This document shows, in pieces, positions 18,978 through 25,170 of a stretch of 25,170 nt of DNA. The stretch lies in assembly GCA_964579565.1 (NCBI GenBank), contig CAZOGG010000001.1, forward strand, positions 2,114 to 27,283. Direction: 5' to 3'. The notes beneath the pieces are model-generated. The model was not told where the DNA came from and made no database searches. It saw nothing but the letters and a program-made list of their open reading frames with translations. Each line of letters begins with the position of its first letter. Position 1 is the first letter of the stretch. The position numbers and the translations under genes are program-made. This stretch comes from an uncultured Candidatus Saccharibacteria bacterium (GTDB lineage: Bacteria > Patescibacteriota > Minisyncoccia > Phycocordibacterales > PALSA-1337).

Positions 18978-20108
18978 ATGAAAAAGATTTTACCCGTAGT
19001 TCCAATAATTGATACAGAGGGCCCAACAACTGGTCGTGCTGATATGGTGGATACTTGGGAATCTCTGGAGGAATTGATGGTCAGGCTAACTGGAGATCTA
19101 AGAAATTCTCTTAAGGATTCACTTGGTAATCCATTAATAATAAATTGGTTCCTATTGGACTGGACTGGATATTCCAAGAATGATGCAGAATTCAAGAAGA
19201 GGGGACATGATATCAGGCTTCATGCGGTATGGGATTTCTATAGAAAATCTATTCTATCAGATGAAAAGGTTGAGATTACAAAAGATGGTCTATATTGGCA
19301 TTATCATCATCCTCCACTGGATGGCGCATGGGGTTGGAACAAGAATTGGAATGATTCCAAATGGTATGAATATATATTGGGTAAATTAATTCTTAATCAT
19401 AATTTTTTCCCTGCTATGTATCGTGCAGGTAAATATGTTGAAACAAATGATAATTCACATTGGTTAGAGAAATGGATACCTTTTGACTACTCAAGTATTT
19501 CACCGGTTAAAAGAGATTTTTGTGATTGGAGTGAGGCAACAACAAGTTGGGTTCCCCATAATCCTTCATTTGATAATTATCAGCATCCAGGATCAATGAG
19601 AAGATTTATTGCAAGATCATTACCTGTAGCTGCTAAGGGAGGCTCTGGAAGTTTGGACATTAAAGAAGTTGAAGCGGCATTTAATGAAATAAAGCAGGGT
19701 AGGCAAGCGGTCTTCTCATTTCATACTCATGATTATTATAGAAGTATTCTTGATGAATTCTCTGATACTCACAAAATATTAAATGAAATAAGTAAAAAGA
19801 TGGATATACCTTGGATGTATTCTAATGCACTTGAAGCATTGAGGCCACATACCAAGTCGAAATTGGAATCACTTGATTTAGAGATAGAACAGACCCATAA
19901 TTCAATCAAAATTGTATTTAATCACGATATTTTCTGCGAGCAACCATTTGTTATTACTGAAGACAAAATAGGAAATGTTCAGAGAATTGATACAGTTAAA
20001 CTTGATAATTTAACTTATCAAGCTGAAATACCAAATGGCAGTTCTAGAGTTGGAATTGGTGCAAACGATATTTATGGTAACTTTGTAACTAAAAATATTA
20101 AACTATAA
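18978..20108 (+). CDS. Divergent NodB/WalW-like polysaccharide deacetylase-fold protein (376 aa from the ATG at 18978)
   Basis: IDTEGP, WHYHHPP, YRAG and FHTHD occur in the order of CE4-like motifs. Start moved from the track's 18960 to the ATG 1 nt after the upstream stop, matching the 1-nt gaps at 16812, 18178 and 20109. Confidence 0.55.
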   Translation: MKKILPVVPIIDTEGPTTGRADMVDTWESLEELMVRLTGDLRNSLKDSLGNPLIINWFLLDWTGYSKNDAEFKKRGHDIRLHAVWDFYRKSILSDEKVEITKDGLYWHYHHPPLDGAWGWNKNWNDSKWYEYILGKLILNHNFFPAMYRAGKYVETNDNSHWLEKWIPFDYSSISPVKRDFCDWSEATTSWVPHNPSFDNYQHPGSMRRFIARSLPVAAKGGSGSLDIKEVEAAFNEIKQGRQAVFSFHTHDYYRSILDEFSDTHKILNEISKKMDIPWMYSNALEALRPHTKSKLESLDLEIEQTHNSIKIVFNHDIFCEQPFVITEDKIGNVQRIDTVKLDNLTYQAEIPNGSSRVGIGANDIYGNFVTKNIKL

Positions 20109-20109
20109 A

Positions 20110-21093
20110 ATGGACTCATTTAATTATCAAAGCAAAAGATTAGAGAACATACTATGCAATCTTTGCGATTCTAATAATTCTAAAATTATTTGTAGAAAAA
20201 GTGTGAATAATTTACCTGTTAATACTGTAATGTGTAAGAACTGTAGTCTAATCTATATTAATCCTAGAATGACCAATAAAGATTATGATGAATACTATAA
20301 GTCATTCTATAGAATCGATAGAGCAGAGATTAAAAACAAAGAATTTATAAATAATTTAGACAAGAATTTTGAAAGCGCAAGAAAGTTCGGTAAAGCGATA
20401 GTTAAATACATGGGTCAATATGTAAAAGATGGATTGACTGTTGATGTTGGATCAAGTACTGGAGGAATATTGTATGGAATGAAAGAGATTAGAAGAAATC
20501 TAGAATTATTAGGAATTGAACCATCTATAGATGAAAGTGGATATGCACAATCCAAGGGTGTTAAGACTATTAGAGGATTATTCGAAGATATTGATATGGA
20601 TCTCAAGTCTAAAGTATCAAATATTTTGTGTGTACAGAGTTTGAATCATTTATTAGATCCCAAGAAATTTCTTACTTGGTCTCATAATGCTCTTGTAGAT
20701 GGCGGTCATGTATTTCTTGCAGTGAAGAATTGGCGACATCAAGTCAGGAGAATGGGGAAATTAAGCTCAGGTGTTCAGATTGATCATGTATATATGTTTA
20801 CACCAGAATCGCTCTCTCTTATGTGCAAAAGTGCTGGATTTGAGGTTGTTTATATTGATGTTGATGAGGGTAAGTCTCAATCTGAAATAAAGAATCAGAA
20901 AGCCGATGGATTAAACACTCATCACATAAGAATTGTTGCTAGAAAGTCACAAATTCCACAAAAATTGGATATTCCTAAGAATATTTATTTCAAAACCAGA
21001 CTTTCTCTAACACCATTATTTGTTAAATTTGTCTATATATTTAAATATTCTAAGCGCCTTGCTTTATTGAGGAAAATACTGCATATTAGTTAA
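20110..21093 (+). CDS. Class I SAM-dependent methyltransferase with zinc ribbon, paralog B (327 aa)
   Basis: CNLC...CKNC, INPR, VDVGSSTG, GIEPS, QSLNHLLDP, IDHVYMFTP. Confidence 0.85.
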   Translation: MDSFNYQSKRLENILCNLCDSNNSKIICRKSVNNLPVNTVMCKNCSLIYINPRMTNKDYDEYYKSFYRIDRAEIKNKEFINNLDKNFESARKFGKAIVKYMGQYVKDGLTVDVGSSTGGILYGMKEIRRNLELLGIEPSIDESGYAQSKGVKTIRGLFEDIDMDLKSKVSNILCVQSLNHLLDPKKFLTWSHNALVDGGHVFLAVKNWRHQVRRMGKLSSGVQIDHVYMFTPESLSLMCKSAGFEVVYIDVDEGKSQSEIKNQKADGLNTHHIRIVARKSQIPQKLDIPKNIYFKTRLSLTPLFVKFVYIFKYSKRLALLRKILHIS

Positions 21094-21095
21094 GC

Positions 21096-22253
21096 ATGAA
21101 AAGAAAAGTCTGCTTTGTTATAACTAGTTTCATTCACTATAGCCTTAATCTACTAGTGTTAGAAGAATTAAAAAAGAGAAGAGATGTTGATCTCCATATT
21201 GTTATCGGTGGTTCTGCAATACTTTCACGCTATTCATCAAAGCATGCAGACATTAAGAAATTATTGAAGGATGATGGTCATACTAATCTCCATGAGTTAC
21301 ATTTCAATCTTGAGGGTAACGATACTATCGTAAAGGCAAAGACAACAGGTTTGGGAATTATAGAATTTACTACCTTATTTAATGATATCAAGCCTGATGT
21401 AGTTGTGGTGAGAGGCGATAGATTCGAAGTGCTATCTGCAACGATTGCAGCTGCGTATATGTCTATACCTGTAGCACATATCGAAGGAGGTGATCTCTCA
21501 GGTTCTATAGATGAAAGTGTCAGACATGCTATTACCAAACTTTCACATATACATTTCGCTACAAATGAACCTGCAAAGAATAGAATTTTGAAATTAGGAG
21601 AGCATCCTGCTTATGTATATAATTTCGGTAGTCCAGATGTAGAGGTAGTTAAGAAATTACTAAAGAAAAAACACAAATTTGATCTATCAAAGACAGGTAG
21701 TGGAGCATCTTTCGACTTATCAAAAGGATATTTGATAGTCATGTATCATCCAGATATTACAGATGTAAAGCATGTTCATGAAAATACAAAGAAAATACTC
21801 AAGGCGGTACATGATACAGGATTGCCAACACTCTGGTTCTGGCCAAATGCAGATGCTGGAGCAGAAGATGTGTCTCAGGAATTAAGAATTTTCAAGGATG
21901 AACAAAAGGGACACAAAATACGATTTATGAGATATCTAGGTCCTAGGGATTTTATTTGGCTATTAAGTAATAGCTTGTGTTTAATTGGTAATTCATCTGC
22001 AGGTATCAAGGAGACTTCATTTATGGGTTTACCGGTTGTTAATATAGGAACTAGACAGAATAATAGATTAAGATCGACAAATGTTATATCAGTGATACAC
22101 GATTCTGATGCCATTAGGGATGCTATAAATAAACAAATCAAGAGAAAAAGATACCCTTCTTCCGATATTTATTTCGTAAAAGATACAAGCAAGAATATTG
22201 CTAAGACAATAGCTACCGTGCCACTTTATAGTCAGAAGAGTTTCGTGGAGTAG
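21096..22253 (+). CDS. neuC: UDP-N-acetylglucosamine 2-epimerase, hydrolysing type (NeuC/LegG family, 385 aa)
   Basis: RGDRFE, AHIEGGDLSGSIDESVRHAITKLSHIHF, GNSSAGIKE and VVNIGTRQNNR are diagnostic of the hydrolysing branch, not WecB (GDT..HVEAGLR). Confidence 0.85.
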   Translation: MKRKVCFVITSFIHYSLNLLVLEELKKRRDVDLHIVIGGSAILSRYSSKHADIKKLLKDDGHTNLHELHFNLEGNDTIVKAKTTGLGIIEFTTLFNDIKPDVVVVRGDRFEVLSATIAAAYMSIPVAHIEGGDLSGSIDESVRHAITKLSHIHFATNEPAKNRILKLGEHPAYVYNFGSPDVEVVKKLLKKKHKFDLSKTGSGASFDLSKGYLIVMYHPDITDVKHVHENTKKILKAVHDTGLPTLWFWPNADAGAEDVSQELRIFKDEQKGHKIRFMRYLGPRDFIWLLSNSLCLIGNSSAGIKETSFMGLPVVNIGTRQNNRLRSTNVISVIHDSDAIRDAINKQIKRKRYPSSDIYFVKDTSKNIAKTIATVPLYSQKSFVE

Positions 22254-22255
22254 GG

Positions 22256-22284
22256 AAAAGAAAAACCCGCCGTGGCGAGTCTTT
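22256..22284 (-). terminator. Intrinsic terminator for the orphan gene
   Basis: Minus-strand RNA AAAGACUCGC-CACG-GCGGGUUUUU-CUUUU: fully paired with G-U wobbles, followed by a U tract. The plus-strand fold has mismatches. Confidence 0.75.
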
Positions 22285-22315
22285 CGCGCTTGGGCGGGCC
22301 GTACAGCTCTCATAC

Positions 22316-22780
22316 TTATTTAGGTATTTCTACCTTGGTTCTTAGAAGAGTGAAGTGGTGGATTTTTGAAACAATTGGTGCTTGCCTTAGACGTAAAAAT
22401 AAAATACGGATGTCAGGTCTTGGAACTACTTTTTCTGTTGTTTCTTCATATCTAATAAATTCCACTCCTTCGGGAGGGTTAGACATGAGGTTCATTATCG
22501 TGGGTTCGAATTCGTCAGCATTAATTTTGACCTCACTGATTACTTCAGTTTGACCAACACTTGATTCAATCGCTTTATTATTACATCTAATAAAGCTGAC
22601 ATTTGAGACAGAGCCCCAATCACCGCTAACTATTCCATATTGATAATCACATGGAATACCGTCAATAAGCATTTTTGCCCTTGCTTTCTTTACGGGGTCT
22701 AATGTAAATAACTCAACCCCATTTCTCCTGTAACCATTTCGGTGATTACTCTCCTGAGCTTCCAGTTTGAGTGTATTCAT
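22316..22780 (-). CDS. Hypothetical protein (154 aa from ATG 22780; track starts at TTG 22792)
   Basis: Open frame with its own promoter and terminator; no recognisable motif. Confidence 0.7.
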   Translation of the reverse strand: MNTLKLEAQESNHRNGYRRNGVELFTLDPVKKARAKMLIDGIPCDYQYGIVSGDWGSVSNVSFIRCNNKAIESSVGQTEVISEVKINADEFEPTIMNLMSNPPEGVEFIRYEETTEKVVPRPDIRILFLRLRQAPIVSKIHHFTLLRTKVEIPK

Positions 22781-22790
22781 ATCCGACAAC

Positions 22791-22819
22791 AATATATAAC
22801 TAATATCTAGTCAAGTCAA
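22791..22819 (-). promoter_or_regulatory. Sigma70-type promoter TTGACT-17 bp-TATATT
   Basis: -35 at 22814-22819 and -10 at 22791-22796, 10 nt from ATG 22780. Confidence 0.6.
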
Positions 22820-22836
22820 TATTAGGATAAGATGCA

Positions 22837-22869
22837 AAACTTGAGGTTCCAATTTGGAACTTCAAGTTT
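22837..22869. repeat. 33-bp near-perfect palindrome AAACTTGAGGTTCCAA-T-TTGGAACTTCAAGTTT
   Basis: 16-bp arms, one mismatch, 1-nt centre; read directly from the sequence. Confidence 0.9.
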
Positions 22870-22895
22870 AGTTGGGTTTCAGGAGTTGGATAAAT

Positions 22896-22938
22896 AAAAA
22901 AAGAAAAACCCACACGAAGTGAGTTTTCTTGTGTGGGT
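22896..22938 (-). terminator. Intrinsic terminator for the DMT transporter gene
   Basis: Minus-strand stem ACCCACAC/GUGUGGGU followed by UUUUCUUUUUUU, 26 nt after the stop. Confidence 0.75.
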
Positions 22939-22964
22939 GAATGCTGGTCTTGGCTAAGGGTTAC

Positions 22965-23927
22965 CTAGATCCTTCCACCAGTAAGGAAGTTCCAGTCAAT
23001 CTTTCTTAATGATCCAGTAACATAACTGTATGCCTTCTTATCCATAAGAATGATTGATACTACATAAAGTACTATTGCAAGCACTTTGTAGTTGGTGAAT
23101 TCTTCTTTGAGAAAGAGAATACCGTAGAACATTGTTGTGGAAAGGTAGGTTGCATTCACTACTACCTTTTTGAGTGCAATGCTGGCACCAGTCTTGTATG
23201 AGAGTAGATTGTATGAACACATAACAGTCACAACCACTCCTATCGGTATTGATACCTGCCAGATACTAATGTTCTCAATCGAGAAGTCAAATAACCTAGA
23301 ACCTTCATCGATAATGAAGAGTAGCACGATTGTTCCTACAACCGCCGGCAAACCACCCCAGAAATTCTTGAACATTGGATCAACCTCCTTTACCTTTTGA
23401 GTTATGAGTTGATTCACAGCAACTATGAATGCTGTACAGAATGACAATACCATCCAAGTACTTAGTTCAAGTCCATTGTTTAATCCAGGAAAACCAAGGA
23501 TGGACCATCCTGCAAGAACTGCGAATACAATACCAATCCATTCGTGCCTATTCGCTTTGTATTTGCAGAACATGATATCAAATATCATACCGGGTATGAT
23601 TGATAGAGTGATGATGAATGTACTTACGCCCATATCACCACCAAGAGCAAAGGTCGCAAATCCCATTATGGTTGCGAGGTATGCCAAAACTCCAAATGTA
23701 ATTGAACCAAGTGCACCCCAGTAATCACTGAAGTAATTGGTCTTCCTTTTAATTGCAATTAGAGCTGATAGTACGACTTGAACCAAACCAACAATTCCAG
23801 CAGCTAGTAGTGTTCCACTCCATGAGTTTGATTTGGTACCAATATCTCCAACCTCCTTTTGAAGGATGCGTGAGATGAGTTTGGTCAGACCTTCACCGAT
23901 TGCGTATTTGAACCAAGGTTCGTTCAT
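22965..23927 (-). CDS. EamA/DMT superfamily transporter (320 aa from ATG 23927; track starts at TTG 23951)
   Basis: About 10 TM segments in two repeats; WFKYAI start, GMIFDIMFCKYKANRHEWIGIVFAVLAG and GILFLKEEFTNYKVLAIVL are EamA C-terminal signatures. Confidence 0.8.
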   Translation of the reverse strand: MNEPWFKYAIGEGLTKLISRILQKEVGDIGTKSNSWSGTLLAAGIVGLVQVVLSALIAIKRKTNYFSDYWGALGSITFGVLAYLATIMGFATFALGGDMGVSTFIITLSIIPGMIFDIMFCKYKANRHEWIGIVFAVLAGWSILGFPGLNNGLELSTWMVLSFCTAFIVAVNQLITQKVKEVDPMFKNFWGGLPAVVGTIVLLFIIDEGSRLFDFSIENISIWQVSIPIGVVVTVMCSYNLLSYKTGASIALKKVVVNATYLSTTMFYGILFLKEEFTNYKVLAIVLYVVSIILMDKKAYSYVTGSLRKIDWNFLTGGRI

Positions 23928-23937
23928 AATATATGTT

Positions 23938-23946
23938 ATTCTAACA
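23938..23946 (-). promoter_or_regulatory. Extended -10 promoter TGTTAGAAT
   Basis: 10 nt upstream of ATG 23927, supporting that start. A second candidate, TTGACA(23989-23994)-17-TAAATT, lies further upstream. Confidence 0.5.
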
Positions 23947-24040
23947 TTCAAAGAGATCTAATTGAAATTTATACTTTATTATTAGTGTTGTCAATATTAA
24001 TTTGCATATATGTCAAATATATGATAGAAATTGTTTGGAA

Positions 24041-24066
24041 AGTCCTGTGCTAGTTTGCATAGGACT
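24041..24066 (+). repeat. Inverted repeat AGTCCTGTGC-TAGTTT-GCATAGGACT
   Basis: 10-bp stem with one G-T wobble, ending 31 nt upstream of ATG 24098. Confidence 0.75.
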
Positions 24067-24097
24067 ATGAGCTTAACCTTAACACAATAGATAATCA

Positions 24098-25048
24098 ATG
24101 AGCGAAATCGAGAACGCGGCGGGGTCCAAACTCTTTACGGGTATGATTGGACCGGCTTACTCGGCCTTTAATGGCCGTGATCCCTACTACAGGGAGATGT
24201 CGTTGTTGGTGGTGGCTGAGGCCCTACAGGCTCGGAAGGGTGATATCAGTTCTGTCCTCGAGCTCGGTGCCGGTACTGGTGAAGGTACCCGAGTTATACT
24301 CGACCAAATCAACGATCTGTCAGTTACGGCTATCGAGCCCAATGAGAGTATGAGGTATTTCCTCTCTCTCAACACCATGGGTGATAGTCGTGTGAATATT
24401 CTGCCTTATGGGGCAGAGGAAATCATGACCAAGATGGACTCTCACAGCGATATCGGCGTCTATGATGCTGTTATGTGCTGTCAGATGTTCCATTTCCTTG
24501 GTGGAAATTTGGCTGTTGTTCTGAGTGGTCTGAGCCAGGCTCTCGAGGTCGGTGGTGTCATTACCTTCGACCTTGGGCCTTCGAATTATGCGAGTTGGAA
24601 GAACAATCTTCACGACTTCCGGTCCGGAACTGAACCTGGGGAAAATCAGATCATTACTGAACTGTCTCATCCGCTGTACCAGATCGCGCATGGGGCAGCC
24701 TATTCTCACGTTAAGGAGACATATCCTGATTTCAATCGGGAGAATCTCTGGGCGCCTCCGGCCAAGGCTCTGAGCATCGATTCCATCACTGCAGAGTTCA
24801 ACAGTGCTGGATTCGATATCGTTCGCAACAACGAGTTTCTCGTTCCGATCGAAGGTCGTCGCATCATCGATTTCGTGCGGAATGCTTGGACGACCTGGTG
24901 TCGTTGGGCTCCGCTCGATCAACTGCCGATCAATGAAAAGATCGCAATCGTTGAAGCTGGGCTTGAGGCACTTTCTGAGGCACCCCCTCAACTCAAAGCA
25001 ATGGTGGCCTACCACCCGTCGGTTATCATCACTGCGCGTAAGCGTTGA
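24098..25048 (+). CDS. Class I SAM-dependent methyltransferase of unknown substrate, GC-rich (316 aa)
   Basis: VLELGAGTG motif I, VTAIEPNESM, YDAVMCCQMFHFL, LEVGGVITF; spot GC counts of 50-60% per 60-nt line. Confidence 0.85.
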   Translation: MSEIENAAGSKLFTGMIGPAYSAFNGRDPYYREMSLLVVAEALQARKGDISSVLELGAGTGEGTRVILDQINDLSVTAIEPNESMRYFLSLNTMGDSRVNILPYGAEEIMTKMDSHSDIGVYDAVMCCQMFHFLGGNLAVVLSGLSQALEVGGVITFDLGPSNYASWKNNLHDFRSGTEPGENQIITELSHPLYQIAHGAAYSHVKETYPDFNRENLWAPPAKALSIDSITAEFNSAGFDIVRNNEFLVPIEGRRIIDFVRNAWTTWCRWAPLDQLPINEKIAIVEAGLEALSEAPPQLKAMVAYHPSVIITARKR

Positions 25049-25068
25049 CTGATTGTTTGGTTTCAAAC

Positions 25069-25097
25069 ATCCCCTGGCTCCAAGTGAGTCAGGGGAT
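25069..25097 (+). terminator. Probable terminator hairpin after the methyltransferase
   Basis: ATCCCCTGGCTC-CAAGT-GAGTCAGGGGAT 12-bp stem (one G-T wobble), but only a weak U tract (TGCTTTATA); preceded by a small TGTTTG/CAAACA hairpin. Confidence 0.55.
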
Positions 25098-25115
25098 TGC
25101 TTTATACTAATGCAG

Positions 25116-25144
25116 TTGAATATTCCCCCGAATTAGAATAGGAT
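25116..25144 (+). promoter_or_regulatory. Sigma70-type promoter TTGAAT-17 bp-TAGGAT
   Basis: Correct spacing, 9 nt before ATG 25154. Confidence 0.4.
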
Positions 25145-25153
25145 ATAGTACAC

Positions 25154-25170
25154 ATGCCAAAGAAGAAGAA
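25154..25170 (+). CDS. 5' end of the next gene (partial, MPKKK...)
   Basis: ATG following a promoter-like motif, open to the window edge; too short to identify. Confidence 0.4.

Noticed and set aside
22272-22553. 93-aa plus-strand ORF and other short (60-130 aa) alternative-frame ORFs across the window
   Set aside because: All lie inside or opposite longer well-supported genes and have no recognisable motifs; this one starts inside a terminator.
22834-22877. Palindrome as an integron attC site (AAC...GTT, nearby GTTGGGT)
   Set aside because: Only about 40 bp, no extrahelical bases or R/L box spacing, and no integron integrase in the window.
22254-22964. CRISPR array, tRNA or known ncRNA in the longer intergenic gaps
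   Set aside because: No regularly spaced repeats or cloverleaf; the structures are explained as terminators plus one isolated palindrome.
24001-24025. Imperfect palindrome TTTGCATATATGTCAAA with repeated ATATATG
   Set aside because: Short, AT-rich and bulged; could be an operator but evidence is too weak.
24320-25066. 248-aa antisense ORF overlapping the GC-rich methyltransferase
   Set aside because: Shadow frame expected in GC-rich coding DNA; no motifs, while the plus frame has clear methyltransferase motifs.
25060-25121. Downstream hairpin as an attC site (GTTTCAAAC ... GTTGAAT)
   Set aside because: The putative R boxes are placed asymmetrically around the stem and do not pair properly; GTTGAAT is better explained as part of a -35 box.
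1-25170. Alternative genetic code (TGA as Gly, as in Gracilibacteria/Absconditabacteria)
   Set aside because: Long genes are intact under code 11 and TGA ends genes cleanly at 1084, 5212, 15486 and 25048.

Overview
AT-rich (about 30% GC by spot counts), densely packed bacterial DNA read with standard code 11; no RNA genes, CRISPR array or transposase seen. Positions 1-22253 are one large surface-glycan biosynthesis and tailoring locus that switches strand repeatedly. It holds four GT4 genes (the first only a 3' stub), an FAD oxidoreductase, a Gfo/Idh/MocA dehydrogenase, GtrA, a DPM1-like GT2, two GT-C membrane glycosyltransferases, a Wzx-like flippase and a GT9. It also holds three paralogous TagF-like GT-B transferases, four methyltransferases (TylF-type, type 11, two zinc-ribbon paralogs), an N-formyltransferase, a NodB/WalW-like deacetylase and a hydrolysing-type UDP-GlcNAc 2-epimerase (neuC). 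From 22254 onward are stand-alone genes with their own promoter and terminator signals: an orphan of about 154 aa, an EamA/DMT transporter, a GC-rich (about 50-60% in spot counts) methyltransferase and the start of one more gene. Compactness, absence of Shine-Dalgarno sites and the GT4 subtypes suggest a Patescibacteria/CPR (Parcubacteria-like) source, but this is inference. Best leads: (i) a possible nonulosonate-type glycan module using unassigned TagF-like transferases with a deacetylase/formyltransferase acyl swap, (ii) a DMT transporter that could supply SAM to a methyltransferase-dense locus, (iii) pervasive near-leaderless promoters and overlapping convergent gene ends. All protein assignments come from motif recognition, not database searches.
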